Shown: piece after piece, positions 40,166-55,013 of the stretch
Position numbering within the stretch: position 1 is the stretch's first letter
Layout: each line of letters starts with the position of its first letter
Origin: Eledone cirrhosa
Lineage: Eukaryota
Direction of reading: 5' to 3'
DNA: 64,000 nt
Assembly: GCA_964016885.1 (NCBI GenBank)
Contig: OZ024742.1
Location: 176,204,001-176,268,000 of the forward strand
Notes under the pieces: model-generated
What the model was told of the DNA's origin: nothing
Seen by the model: only the letters and a program-made list of their open reading frames with translations
Databases searched by the model: none
Made by a program: the position numbers and the translations under genes

Positions 40166-40304
40166 AAGGATGAATATAAAATGAAAGTGCTTTTGTTAAA
40201 AAAGGAATTTATTAGGTACTCGTTGAGCAAACCTGCACGTACGCTGTTCATCTCTAACGTAACGATATATTATCACTACATTATTGATAACCTGAAATTT
40301 TATA

Positions 40305-40471
<167 letters not shown>

Positions 40472-40518
40472 TTATATATGTATATATATATATATGTATA
40501 TATATATATTTATATATG

Positions 40519-40586
<68 letters not shown>

Positions 40587-41097
40587 AATATATATATATG
40601 TATATACATATAAGTACATATATATATATACAAAACCTATATATTTGCTAGCTTTGATATGCATCTGTATGTATATATATGTTACTAGATATTAATTCTT
40701 TATAATTATCTCCAAATTATTTGTCGAGCAATATTGGCCATGACTGCTGCTATGGTAGTAGGCAGGCCGCTGTCTTATTAGCAAACCACTTTCCAATGAC
40801 TGACCTCGATGTCACGTGATTGATTCTTTTTGAATTTGCCACAGACGCAGAGGCAGTGATTTTCTCAATGGCTAGGAATTCAGTCCACGCTTTGCTATTT
40901 CCTATCCACTGTATTATTTTTTAATAATTTTCCAGAGTCATCGCTTTGCCTGGAAACTTAGCTGAGAATAGACTTCCCTGGCGACGGAATGTTTTTCTAT
41001 ATCTTCTTCGGAAAATATATTTACTCCATTCCAGAAACTAATTAGTTGGAAGTGATATTTAGTAAGCAAGTTAATTTTATAATTTTCTTATTTTACG

Positions 41098-41166
<69 letters not shown>

Positions 41167-41334
41167 AACATATATAAATATAAATATTTGTGTGCATGTG
41201 TATACAAATTATGGGAAATTACAAGAAATATATGTACATGTATATATATACACACACATACAGAGAAAGGTATGCATATTGATATATATATATATATATA
41301 TTCCCACACTCACATGCATGCATAGTGATATATA

Positions 41335-42280
41335 TACTAGAGGGTATCAAAAAGTTCCTGAATTAATTATGTTTAAGAAACTCATGAGTGAGGAGAGTTC
41401 GGTGACAAGGAGCATTGTCGTTGTGAAAAAGCCAAATCTCCACAAATCTAGTTACTTTCACTGAACCTCCTCCCTCAAACAACTGAAACCGTTGCAGTAG
41501 AACTCTTGATTGAATGTCTGGCACTGGGGACAAATTCTCAATGCATAATATTAAAGATATCGAAAAAAAAGAAAAGAATGCTCCTGATTGAGCTGCAGCA
41601 GTGTCATGACTTCTTTGGTCATGGAGATAAATGGCTTTTCCACTGTGTTGACTGCTGCATCATCTCAGGGTCATACCTATAGACGCAACTCTAATCACCA
41701 ACATGATCCTCAACATGAAGGATGGTCATTAGTGGCATGCTCATGGAGATCTTGACAGACTTCGATGTGATGTTCTTTCTGCTCAATGGTCAGCAGGATT
41801 GTTTGCACAGACCCATACAACAGATCAACAGCATCAGCAATATCATTGATTGTCCTCTGACAATCCCCATGCACAAGCTGATTAATTTTCTCCACATTTC
41901 TGGTGGTGATGCTTGTGGCATATCTTCCAGATTGCTCGTCATCTTCCAGGTATATTCTCCCACTTTTGAAGGAGCTGTGCCACTCAAAACATTGTGTACA
42001 ACCCATTACCTTTTCACTATAAGCTTGCTGAAGGATGATCGATGTCTCTGTAGAAGAGTTGAACAAAAAATGTCATGTTGGGTCTTTGTTCCAACTTCCT
42101 GTTCATGACAAAATCACAGGCTACAGCATACATGTGATCACAAAAACACAAATTTCACAACCTGCGAAGTGAACACAGCAATGTCATTTTGCACACTGGT
42201 GCATGAAAGTCACTGCTAGCTCTCATTGCAACCACAACCGTGTGTTGCCATCTGTTGGCATGCTACAGAACTAGTCCAGC
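41335..42280 (-). mobile_element. Decayed, internally deleted mariner transposon
   Basis: TA followed by TIR-like CTAGAGGGTATCAAAAAGTTCC. HTH region AYSEKVM..QCFEWH..FKSGR..LEDD..SGR, YRYDPE..QWKS and HNDNAPCH motifs. Confidence 0.88.
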
Positions 42281-42710
42281 ACAGGCTACATGATGGCTGT
42301 CAATGTATATCTACCATCATGTATGTGTAGCCTTGTATTTTGCATTTCGTACAGACTTTGATTATTCCTTTTGTGACAGCATTAAAACAAATAATCTTCC
42401 TCTGAAGAATCTAATGGTTACAATTCTATGGTTGTATATAAATCTCGTTTATTCCCCCATGGAATTATCAAGTGTACCTGGTAGATGAAATACCATGTAA
42501 GGAATCATTTTTGTTATTAAAAGGCTTGCTTTCTCCACCATACATTTCTGCTTATACCCACTCTACTTATCCTCTGCACATTAACTTCTCCTTAAATATT
42601 CACTCCACTGTAATATTTCATCTCACATCTTCACATTGAACAGGCTTCGCTTTGTCTAAGGCTTCTAACATATTATATCATATCTTCTCTATTCTTATGT
42701 AATATGACTC

Positions 42711-42751
<41 letters not shown>

Positions 42752-42769
42752 TAATGGATATGTTGGATT

Positions 42770-43680
42770 CCATATGTTGGATACATAGAGGTTATGTCAC
42801 AAGAAATGAGGAGGGGACCAGAATTCTGGGTTCTGTCATGCTCCCAACTTCTGTGACGGTTTGTAATACAAACTTCAAGAAACTAGCCAACCACCTGATT
42901 ACCTACCAATCAGAGGAGTATACAAGTATACAAATATTCTCACTAGGAATCAAGACAGGGAAATGGTTGTAAATGACATGTCCTTACTGGAGATGAATGT
43001 ACTTGTCTACATAGATTAGTTGTCAGTGACTTTAAAGTAAGGACTAGATGAACCAAGACACAAAATCCAATCTGGTGAAGGAAGACATGGAAGCTGAGAG
43101 AATCCCTTGTTGGTAACAAATTCAGGGAAATTTTTCTTGAGGCCTATGACGATAGGAAAAAGGAGTCAGGGAATATAACAAATAAAAATTGAGAATTTCT
43201 ATGGGACGACCTGCTGGAAGCCTTGAGCCATGTCTGTGGCTGCTGAACATGGAATATAAATAGGAGAGTGAAGGCCTACCTCATGCAGATTCTACTGAGG
43301 GACCAGCCACAAAAAAATGACAGTGGTATGATAAATAATGCAATTAAGGTCATGAAGGTAGGGAAAGCAACTGGACCATCAAGTATAGTTGTTGAGGTGC
43401 TAAAAGCATCTGGCATGGTAGGATTTGAGCTAGTCAGATACATATATAATCAAGTAGTACATGATGGTGTCATCTCCAATAACTGGAGCAGCCATCTCAT
43501 TGTAAATTGCTCCAAGGCCAAAGAAGATGCACAAGAAAGAAATAACTGTAGATGCATCAGGACGAGATCATGAAATGTGCACAACTAATTAGGGAAAGAA
43601 TCAAGTTAGATGAGATGCAATTTGGATTTATGCCAGCTACTTGCTAGCAGGGAAAGCAGATGTTAAAACGATGATGTTGA
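42770..43680 (+). mobile_element. Decayed RTE family 1 fragment with tail
   Basis: RNEEGTRIL, CNTNFKK..HLITYQS and AIKVMKVGKATGPS.IV.E.LKASG, homologous to 48330-49560; ends in a GTTAAAACGATGATG tail. Confidence 0.8.
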
Positions 43681-46440
43681 TTATATATATAGCAAATATA
43701 TATGGTCATTCTTTATTTCTTCATTAATGATGTAGTCCTCCAAAGATGCAACCATTCTTTTGGCTTTGCTGAATCCCGGGTCATTGTATAATCAGTTATT
43801 TTATTTCTGAAGATGTATAATATCTAATAATGCTTTGTTATGCTCAATATTATTGTTCCTCTTTAACTAAACTGAAATAGCATAATCATTAATTAAATAA
43901 GATGTATTAAAACATTTGTAAACCTATTAAATGGTTTAAAGAATTCTACTCTGTCATCTCATATTGTTGTATATAATTATGTAAAATTCATTAGACGTTT
44001 TCTTGAAATGCCTATTAATTAGTGTATCTTAAGACTAGTTTACTGAAGATCCATGTAGTCTTGATTGACTAATTAATTATGTTAATTAGCTAGTATTCGT
44101 AATCATGAAAAGAAACCATGACATGAACAATTATGCAGTTAAAATTATATTTTTTTTCCTTGCTATCTTCTTAATCTTAGTAATTTACTTAAGTGTTGTA
44201 CCTAAATAATATTTTGAATAAATAATGCTCTGCATAATATGGATTTTAGCCTGTATAAAGCATATTTGAGCTGGTTTATAGTATAATAAAATTGAAATAT
44301 ATTTTATTTTATCACATGTTTATATTTATCACATATATGTTTATATTTTATCACATATATATATATATGTGTGTGTGTGTACGTACATGTGTGTGTGCAT
44401 ACATAAGTGTGCGTTTATACAGTGTCAAGTAAAATTGTTGGTAAATGATTGAAGACATAATGGGTCAAATAGACTCTTTAGTCATGCTGAGTATGTGGCA
44501 ACTTTTTAGTACTGTTGCTATGATAAAATCTCCCAATACACCCAGTAAATTGGTTGATGTTAGGAAGGGCATCTATTTATAGAAACCCTGTCAGAACCTT
44601 TTATTAAATTATATTATAGATCCCAGCTTAATTATGAAATAATTATTTTAGTAACTCTCAACTAATTCCTCATTAATTAATTAAAATGCAGTGTATTTTA
44701 GATTCTAGAGTCATTAGAACGTTGGATAGAAAGCTTTATTGTATTTATTCTGGCTAAGGTCAACTTTGCCTTTCATCCTTTTGTCGTTGATAAAACAGTG
44801 CCAGTCCAGTATTGTGTTCAATTCGTCTTCTATATTTATTTCTCATTTCCTGCCCATCACTTTCTCTCTTTCCCTGGAAGAAATCAACTGTATTCAGACC
44901 TGGAGAGAAGTTGGATTCTGCCAGGTTTAAAAAATGCACAAGAAATGCTATATGTCACTCTGTCCCTCCCCAATGGCTGCATCAGCAGTTATGGGTGAAA
45001 ATAAATAAATTAAAAATATGGTAACAAAAAAGTTAAATTTAAATGGTGGCTCTACCAACTTGTAATTGTTTCTACATGATGTTGTGAGCAAGGGAAACAA
45101 TTGTGTGGGCATGGTTGTGTGTAATGCATAAGGAGAGTGATGGCACTATAAGAAGTGGTGCTGCGCTCTTGAATAGATGGAACCTGTGCAAGAAGGACAC
45201 CAAATTAGATGTAGAATGAAGTTGTGAAAAATGATCTTGGTGAAGGAGATGACTCAGGATCATGTTCATTGGTGATATGCTGTGTTAGAGATGAGCTACC
45301 CACATGTACAAACACTGCAATGCGAAATGTTAACTGTAGTAAGGGTAGGGAGGAATGCATTGCACAAAGAGTTATCTCTTAACTTTACCCTGGATTAAAC
45401 AACTTCTATATTGTTGATGTCATGATAAAATGCACTTAGTACATTCAGTAATGGGGTTGGATTTGGCAAGGGCATCCTGCCCTAAAACTTATGGCAAAAT
45501 ATGGAATGCATGAGCAAACCATATCTCCTTGACATATTCGGCCTTGGACAAGGACACACTATCCAACCCATGCCAACATGGAAATCATATATAAAATGAT
45601 GACGATGATGATGAACATAACAATATTTGTGTTGTTAAATAACTAAAATGGCTCTACCCTGATGTAATTGTTTTTATATATTATTTATCTCAATGTTATT
45701 AAAGAGTAGAAATAATCCCATAGATAATAAGGATGTGTTTCATGTTAGTTGTTATATTCGATTTTTACAGCAGTAGAGCTGTCTCACTTTATTTTCTACT
45801 ACCATAAATCATTCAAGCAACATTTCAGGAACCTATTGACAATTATATAACAATTTTCAACAGCAGAGAAATATTATATTATTCCACTCATGTTTATCTT
45901 CCATCTGATTTTCAATCTATCTCAGCTTTCTGGCTTTAAGATAGCTGTGGATGTGGGGAGTTGAATAGAACAGAATACAATACGCATTCTATTTCTGAAT
46001 ATGGATATTGCAAAACTTTGATAAAACCTTCCATCTTTTGTGTGTTGTGTGTGTGTGTGTTTTATTACAGAAACATCCATGGCTCCAGCAAGTCTCGATC
46101 TGTTGCTATCAGTTTAGTTCAGAATTATCTACAACAAGCAACATTCTTCATTCTAAAACCATAGAAACAAATGATCAATTAATTAAATATTTTTTGTATA
46201 TTTTGCTGTCTGTTAGATAAGAGACAGATGTTAAAACATTGTAACTAAAATAACTGATAGATTTTTAATTCAATATCACCACTCCTCCCCATAGATCTTA
46301 TTCAAATAAATCAGATATCATATGATATTCTAGGAGTGAATCAGTATCATATATTATGAGAACATCGAGAATTTTAATTTTAAATTTTACTTATATACAT
46401 ATATATATATATATATATACATACATACATACATACATAC

Positions 46441-46492
<52 letters not shown>

Positions 46493-46603
46493 GGGAGGGT
46501 GGTGAGTCCCAGGTTCAATCAGGGTTAAATACAGTAACATACTCAATACATTAGTAGAGTGTATACAACAAATTTAATATAGAAATAGCTTCTAGAATAT
46601 ATA

Positions 46604-49600
46604 TCATCATCATCATCATCATCAACGTTTAACGTCCGTGTTCCACGCTTGCATGGGTTTGGACGGGGGTAGTCCCACTTGAGGCAAGAGTGATTGTCTT
46701 GCTCGCATAGGACTGTTTGGCAGGTTTTCTACAGTTGGATGCCCTTCCTAACACCAACCACATTTACAGTGTGGGTCTGGGAGGTTTTTACCGTGTTGCC
46801 TACACGGCCACATTACAGCGTGGACTGTGTGTTTTTTTGTCGTGACACCTACACGATCTCATTTGTTTCGGCTTCGATGGCGCGGCACCAACATAACTTT
46901 ACATAGAACGGGGTGCTGTGGATGGGGTGGGGGTGGTGGTGGTGGGACGGGGTGTATTTTGTTAGAGATGCCTACTGGCTGGAGTAGGTTTTACTATATA
47001 TTTAGGTAAGGCGGGTCTTCTCTGTTACTGAGTACCGCCAAAGGTCTCGGTCCAGTGACATTGTCTTGGAGAGGTGTAAGTGTGTGATGTCGGAGTTTAT
47101 CAGCTCGTCCCAGGTTTTTCTAGGTCTGCCTATTCCGTGACTACCGTCTATCTTTATTGCCCTGCACTTTGTTATACAGCTATCGACTTTCATGCGCATC
47201 ACGTGTCCATACCAACGTAGCCTTCTCTCGAGTAAACAACATCTGATCCCTCTTATCTCTAATTTTTTCCTTAGTTCGTTTATGCTTTGCCGTTCACGTA
47301 TATTACTGTTACACATCCAGCGGAGCATGCAAGCTTCGTTCCTCTCTAGTCTGCGTATATCCTCTGCACACAATGCCCAGGTCTCACTGCCATGCAGCAT
47401 TGCTGTTCGTATGCAGGCATCGTACAACCTGCCTTTCATTTTTAGTGAGAACCCTTTAGCAGCTAATAGTGGTATAAGCTCTCTGAACTTTTTCCAACCA
47501 GTTCTGACTCTAGCTACAGTACTTTCAGAGCACCCTCCCCCACTGCTGATTTTATCGCCCAGGTAACGGAAGCTGTCCACTATTTCTATAGAACCCTCTG
47601 CGCAATTGAAAGAGCTAGTATTTTGTGGGCACTTGCTGCTACTTATTGCACCAGAGCACCGGCCACATGTAAAATCTATGTTCTTAGTTAGCTTACCTGT
47701 GATCCCACTACATCTTGTATGCACCCATACTTTGCATTTAGGACATAAAATGGAGTTTCTACCTACGCCTTTCCTACACACCGAGCACGACCATTTCCCA
47801 GAAGGGACCGCCGCCTTGTTTTCTTTCCTACAAACTAGTACTTTGGTCTTAGCCAGGTTAATTTTAAGTCCTTTTGACTCTAGGCGTGCTTCCATGTTTG
47901 GAATTTCTTCTCTAGCTCGGCCATTGATTCCGCTATGAGTGTCAGGTCGTCTGCGTATAGGAGTTCCCATGGGCAGCCTGTCTTGAACTCCTCTGTTATA
48001 GCCTGAAGGGCAATCATAAATAGTAGTGGGCTGAGAACAGAGCCCTGATGGACGCCAACATTTACGCTAAACTCTTCACTATATTCGTTGTTAATTCTAA
48101 CCTTGCTGACTGTTTCTTTATACATGGCTTGTATAGCCCTCACAAGCCATTCGTCAACGCCTAGTTTTCTAAGAGCCCACCAGATAATGGAGCGGGGGAC
48201 TCTGTCGAAGGCTTTCTCCAAGTCGACAAAGGCTAAGTAGAGGGGTTTACCTTTAGCTAGGTACTTCTCCTGTAGTTGTCGTACTATGAAAAGAGCGTCT
48301 GTGGTACTTTTGCCTGACACAAACCCGACCTGCATTTCATCTAGGTCAATTCTCTCTCTGATTAGTTGCGCTATTACTTTTTCCGTGACCTTCATGACCT
48401 GGTCGATTAATTTAATGCCTCTATAGTTACTCCTATCTAGGGCGTCTCCTTTACCCTTATAACAGTTAACGATGATGCTGCTATGCCAGTCCTTCGGAAC
48501 AACCCCATTCTGTACGACTTGGTTAACTATGCGGGTGACCATGGTGTGTCCCACCGTGACAGATGCCTTCAGCATCTCAGCAACTATTTCCGAAGGCCCA
48601 GCCGCCTTACCCGTCTTCATATCCTTGATTGCCTTACTTATTATACTCCCCTCGACTAACACTGCTGGTCCCTCTATTGGGTCGATATGGGGGAGACTGT
48701 CTTTCTCCCATTTATTCTCCTCATTTAGTAGCCTTTCATAGTGACACTTCCAAGCTACCTTCTTATCAGCGTCGGTGATGGCAAGTGTGCCATCGTCGTT
48801 TAGTACACACTTCTCCCCGACAATATCACGGTTTTCCTTGACGCATTGCCTAGCAATCCTGAACACCTCACGTTTTTGGTCATCGCGTTGTAGAACATGC
48901 TTGAACTTTCTTTCCTCAGCTTCCCTTCTTGCTAAGTACACTTGTCTCCTAGCTTCCCTCCTGGCCACTTGATAGTCTTCTCTACTTCCCCCATCCCGCC
49001 ATACTTTCCAAGCCTGCTTTTTGGCCTTAATTGACCCCTCCACCTTACTGTTCCACCACCATGTTACTCTCCTCCTGCCTACAGGCCTGCTCCAGCCACA
49101 GACTTCGTCTGTCGCCAACAGCAGGTTTGCTTTCAGAAATTCCCACTCTCCCTCTATATTGTCCGACTCTAAATGTTCTTCCTTACTGTCGAAAGCATCA
49201 AGTAATATGCTTTGAAATTTATTCCTGGCTGTGGGGTCCTTTAGCTTCCATATTTTTCTCCTGAGGATAGTCCTCTTCTGCTGTCGAGTACGTCTCGTCC
49301 TGACTATGAGGTCGCTAATTATCAGTCTATGTTGGGAGGTGCATTCTTCATGGGGGAGGGATTTAGTGTTTACAACAGACACTCTGTCACGTCTTCTGGT
49401 AAGGATATAATCTACCTGGCTTGTGTGTTCCCCGGATCTATAGGTAATCAGGTGATTGTCACGTTTTTTGAAGTTAGTGTTACAGATAGTTAGGTTATTT
49501 GCATCACAGAATTCCAGGATTCTGGAGCCTTCCTCATTTCTAGTACCAAACCCATAGCCTCCATGGAATTCGTCGTAGCCGTCACAATGTTGTCCAACGT

Positions 49601-50943
49601 GACCATTTAGGTCGCCTGCGATAATTATATAGTCACTGTCGGATATTTGGGAGGTAGTTAGCATCAGTGTCTCATAGAATTTGTCTTTTATAGTGCCGGG
49701 CAGTCCGGATTGGGGTGCGTACGCAGATATTACTGTCACCGTAGTTCTATTGAGGACAAGTCGTATTTTAATTATTCTGTCGTTCACTCTATTTACGTCT
49801 ATTATCTTATCTGCCCACTTTTCTGCTACCATGATTCCTACTCCACCCAGCCCATCGTCGTTTCCCACCCAGAAAAGCTTATAACATCGTTTTTTACCCT
49901 CAATGAACCTAGCAGACCCACCCCTCCACCTGGTCTCTTGAATACAACAAACATCGACCTCCTTACGTTCAAGCATTTCTACAACCTCGTTAGCGCGACC
50001 CTTTAGGGTGCCTACATTTATGGTACCAACTCTGAAGTTTTGGATTGCGTTTGGGGGTTGGGGGCGGTGGGGGGCGGGGGGCGATGGGGTTATGTTAGCC
50101 GTCCGCGGTCGAAACAATGAGTGCTCGCATTCTCGTCCAAGAGGTGAATTTGTCTTTATCTTTGGCATTGTCGCTTGAGCGTCCAGATTTTTCTCTCTCT
50201 CTCCTCCACTCTCCAGGATTCCGCAGTCCATCCATCCATCATATATCGAAAAGCAACCAGGCAAGCGATAGTATAGGCCTCTGGCTTCTGATTGGTCCGC
50301 GTAATAATACTGGTGATGTGTGGGGGCTCTGTTTTATGATTGGTCCACGTAATAGCAATGGTGGTGCGTGGGGGTGGGAAGGAGGGGTGTTGGGTAGCTA
50401 GATAGAAGGTAATGATTGAATGGGGTCCTTGCATTTAACAAGCAATTAACAAAAATACAAAATTTGTTCTGTTCAATACGACCAAAAACTTTCGTATTTA
50501 ACAATTAATAAAAACAAAAAATGTAGTTTGTTTTAGCGATAGATTGGCTATTTGGACTTGATACGAAATATGGATTGTTTTGAAAATACGCTAGAATTAG
50601 AATTAAAATACGCTAGAATTAGGATTTGTGGAGGAAGAGAAATGAAATCTGTACATTACGTTACATGAATATCGTGGTGTAGAGACAGCAAGCAATGAAA
50701 TTTGGCGAAGTGAATTCCTATCATATATATATATAGAGAGAGAGAGAGGGGGGTGGGGTGGCCGCATGATGGTTGTGTGTGTTAGGCGTTTGACCGCCCC
50801 ATGCCTTCGAAGAAGGAAGAAGGGAAGGATTTTGTTTTTTTGTTTTGAAGATACGCTAGAATTAGGGATTGAGGTTTGGAAATACGTTAGGAATTAAGGT
50901 TTGAAAATACGCTAGATAGAAGGTAATGATTGAATGGGGTCCT

Positions 50944-50945
<2 letters not shown>
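46604..50945 (-). mobile_element. Near-full-length RTE LINE (family 1)
   Basis: Long APE-RT frame, ~400-bp 3' UTR ending in (ATG)n, and a repeat-rich 5' region; inserted in TA repeats. Confidence 0.95.
47002..50168 (-). pseudogene. RTE APE endonuclease-reverse transcriptase with Cys-rich insert; single frameshift at ~47890
   Basis: GTINVGTL, IQETRW, SAYAPQ, GDLNGH, QVDYIL, QHRL, FVDLEKAFD, GVHQGSVLSP, LLYADDL, CSVC..C..C..H..C and LRWYGHV. The likely ATG at 50168 is inferred. Confidence 0.93.
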
Positions 50946-50975
<30 letters not shown>

Positions 50976-51339
50976 TACACATACTCAAATATACACACAC
51001 ACACATGTATATATATAATTTTATGACTGCCATAAAAGAGCATAACACAATCATATAATTGGAAAAGAATTTGAATGTTTTTGATGCTAGTCTTTCATTG
51101 GAAGATAGAAGAGAGAGGAAGATAGACAAGAATAAACAAAGAAAATAGGGAAAAGCGTATATAGGAGAAGAAGAATGTTTTATTGTTAGACTGCCATATA
51201 TATATATGTATATGAGTATGTATACATCCATATATTTACACAGAAACAGACACACACATATTTTTGACATCACAATGGGATGGTAATACATGATCAATGA
51301 CATATCCCAATGATTGCATAACTACACCTATGATTGCAT

Positions 51340-51390
51340 AAGCGTCTGATGAAGTTACATGTATAACCATGTAACAGAAATATAAACAAT
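51340..51390 (+). ncRNA. Hammerhead-like core
   Basis: CTGATGA-a-gttacatg-tataac-catgtaac-a-GAAA-t-ATA; perfect 8-bp stem II, weak stem I. Confidence 0.55.
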
Positions 51391-52149
51391 CCAATAAAAC
51401 AATTATGGTAAAATAATCCCGTCTTAACTACTCTTATTTGATAAATGAATACTCAGTCACTCCTAATCACCAACTCTTAGCTGGGATACACTATTGACAC
51501 GAAGTGCTTTGGGATTGCTTGGACTAGCTTATCCTCAAGAAATTACAATGCAACAACCACGTATAAGCAACTTATCTTCTGCAACTATATATATAAAATG
51601 TTACTGAGATTGATCTCTGTTGCTACTCTGAGTTTCATATGTTCCAGCTCATCACATGACTGGGAATATGTACATAACAGTATATTTGGCAAACAAAATG
51701 GGTATGGTTAATATAATAAACTAGATAGATTTAATACATTTTTTAACGGAATTGTCACTTCTATCATATTAGCCCCATCCATTATATTTACCATTTATAC
51801 TGGGTCATGTGAACAATTATTTTCAGCTGCCATTTCTCTAATGCATGTATTTGTTTAGCTAATATTTTCATGTCTCTGATATTCTCACAAGCATCTGAGA
51901 TAGCTGTGATCACAGATTAAAACTTTCATATCAAGATTCCTACCTGTTTATTACACATAAACATATCATATATTCCTTCATATACACCTCTGTTATAAAC
52001 TAGGTTATGTTAGGGCAACTGACAATTAATCCTAGCTGGTCAAGTTCACACTATATGCAAATGATCCCCTTCAACCAATGTTTTGTATGCAAAAAAGCAT
52101 AAAGTCTTTAAGCTTAGGCTTGTCTGAACTAATATATACGTAAGAATAT

Positions 52150-52960
52150 ATGTGGGATTGCAAGCAGGATTATGGAAAAGATAGATTTTGAATGTAGCAG
52201 ATGCACAGAAGCAAGTATTAAGAGCACACGTGAAATAGATTTCATCAATTGCCAAGGAGGCTCCGTAGAAGTTGTTGACAGCTTGTTACCTTAACAATCT
52301 GTGGGAGGATGCGCTGAAAGTGTGATAGCCAGGATCAAAACAGACTGAAAGAAGTTTAGGGGGCTGACACCTCTGCTGACAACAAAGGGTTTCTCTGTCA
52401 GAGTGAAGAGTTGACTGTATGGTGCCTACATGTGAACTGTAATGTTACATAGCAGTGAAACATCGGTCTTGACCACAGGACCTGCAAAGGCTGGTGAGAA
52501 ATGAAGTGAGTATACTCCAATGGAGGTGTAATGTTAGTATGCATGAATGATGTAGCTAAGTGATCTGATAAAAAACTTGGAATAAGAGGAATTGGATGTA
52601 GAGTTAAAAACAGAAGTTTGTGTGGGTATGGACATGTGACACATAGAGAAGATGGTAGCTGCATAAAGAAATGTAGGGAAATCCCAGTGGCAAGAATCGA
52701 TAGAAGAGGCAGAGGCATAATTGTTTCTACTTTAGGCGCAAGGCCAGCAAATACCCAGTACATTACTGGTATTTTATTTTATCGACCCCGTAAGGATGAA
52801 AGGCAAAGTTAACCTCGGCAGGATTTGAACTCAGACTGTAAAGGGACGTAACTATGCTAGAAAGCATGGCGGCCAACTCTCTACCGATACTGCCAATTCA
52901 CCGCCCTTTAGGTAACAAGAGGCAGAGTCATAATGACTTGAGATGAGGTAAGGAAAACTT
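52150..52960 (+). mobile_element. Decayed RTE family 1 3' fragment interrupted by a SINE
   Basis: FNCQGGSVEVVDS, GCAESVIARIKT, KGFS and GHVTHREDGSCIKKCREI. Confidence 0.8.
52722..52916 (-). mobile_element. SINE family B with 18-bp target-site duplication
   Basis: AAGAGGCAGAG(G/T)CATAAT at 52704-52721 and 52917-52934. Confidence 0.9.
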
Positions 52961-54671
52961 AGGTATTTCTCAATGAATGCCACTCCCCTGCATGTTGTTG
53001 ACCACACTCATGAGTACATCATCTCTACCCTATACAATCAATCACCCCTTCCTCTATCAAATCACTTTGTCCATACACCGATAGGATTATATCTATCTCT
53101 CTTCTTCTCACAACCCACCTCTCAAACCCTACAGAGCAAGGAGTGATCTTAATTTGGGACTATGATCAACAAACTTCCTAGTGATGATGCCACAAAAGTA
53201 CAGTTGGAGATAGGAAGGGCATGCCGCTGTAGAAACCATGCCTAATCAGGTTGAGAGGGCCTGCAATTGTGTTCACGGTACAAAAACCGATCTAGTGTTG
53301 GTGCTCTACATGATAAATGTACCTAGAACATGCTATTAGAGAAAGTGGATGTTAACTAATGATGATGATATGTATATATACATATAATGTATCTAGTGTG
53401 TGTGTATATATATATGTATATGTGATTTGAATTAACGTACCTGATTTTAGATATTTTCTGCTATATCATTGCATGATGTTAAGAATTATTGTGATAAGCT
53501 GTAATTTTGAGGAAGATTCAGCTGTTATTTCTAGCTAGTTGAAAGCAATGTCATTGAGGTTCCTCTGTTAGCTTATCATTTTCTGTTTTATTGTGTATTG
53601 GATTGTATTTCTGAGTTCAAATTTCACTTTGATAAACCTCATGTTTCATATCTGTTTGATGATGATGATGATAATGATGGTATTAATGGTGACAATGGTA
53701 ATCATGATGAAACTTGATACTCTCTCTTCTGCTTTCAGAAATTATTGCCAGATTTCTAAGAAAAATATCTTGATAAGATCAGAATGACCTCTAAGTCAGA
53801 AGGCCACAGATTACTTTTAGTAGAAAATGCAGGGGTTGAATGACCTGGTGAGATGAAATGAAATCAACTCCAATATTTGAAGGAAAGATGAAAGGCAAAG
53901 TTGACCTCTAGGACATTTGAACTCTGACTGTAAAGAGAAATGACTGAATACCACAAGGTATTTTGTATGAGGTTTAACAATGCTGCCTATCCAATCCAAT
54001 CCAATCTACCAATTTTATCATAAGATTGTAATACATCTCTCCCTGAATCTAAAACTAGAATATTTAGTGTAAGCTGAATTTTTTTAATTATTTTTTTTTA
54101 GTTTTTGCTGCCTGCTATTCCGGTATTTCTCAAATTAAAAATCTGTATGTCATTTTAGAAACACCTGAGACCACTGTTGTTTTTAGGAAGCAGAATTGTC
54201 CAATTTACAATGTTTATGTTTAAATTCACTCCCAGCCCCAACCCAATCATAATTTCCTCTAAAAATTACAAAGTTAGTTATAGGTACTAATTCTGGCAAA
54301 TTTTTGTTCTTTTCCCCAAATGAACTAGAATACAAGGAAAGTTATTTTATGTGAAAAATGGTCGCCAATAGGTTAATTAACTAACTGTGCCCTTTTTGGT
54401 TCTGTGAAACCCAGATTCTCAAGATTTGTACTGAGACAGTTAATAACATATCCAAGATCCCCAATGATCACAGGTACAAATCTAAAGGGTGGAGTATCTG
54501 CAGATTCCTCATTAGTTCAGCATAAATATTCTCCTTTTTGCTATCCTTTAGCATTACATTGACATCTGCTGGACAGCTGATTTTTACTATTTTACACACC
54601 TTCTTTCTCTCTCATATAACTATGTCTCGTCTCTTATGTTTCCAGCAGTACTCTTTCATTTTATATTTGCA

Positions 54672-54958
54672 TGTGAGTTCAATTCTCAGACCGGGTGATG
54701 TGTTGTTTCCTTGAGCAAGACACTTTATTTCACATTGCTCCAGTTTACTCAGCTGTAGAAATGAGATGATAGGGACTGGGGTCCCTATCATTCCACTGCA
54801 AAGTGGTCGTGCAGGTTCCACGGCAAAAAAGCACCCAGCACTCACTGTAAATGAGGTTAGTGTTAGGAAGGGCATCCAGCTGTAGAAATCAAGCCAAAAT
54901 CAGTTCCCGTCCCACTCTTGCAAGCAGGGGAAAAGCGGACGTAAAATGAAATGATGAT
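54672..54958 (+). mobile_element. SINE family A, 5'-truncated
   Basis: Reverse complement of 17190-17468, starting at the B box. Confidence 0.9.
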
Positions 54959-55013
54959 ATGTGTGTTGGTAGGTGTGTGTGTGTGTGCATGCATGTGTGT
55001 ATGTTTTTTGTAA

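Noticed and set aside
40700-41090. CpG-containing unique-looking segment (also 26360-26990) as promoter or MITE
   Set aside because: No termini, TSD or second copy identifiable within the window.
47880-47970. Overlapping ORFs as a programmed ribosomal frameshift
   Set aside because: RTE elements encode this region in one ORF and there is no slippery heptamer at the junction. A 1-nt deletion or sequencing error is simpler.
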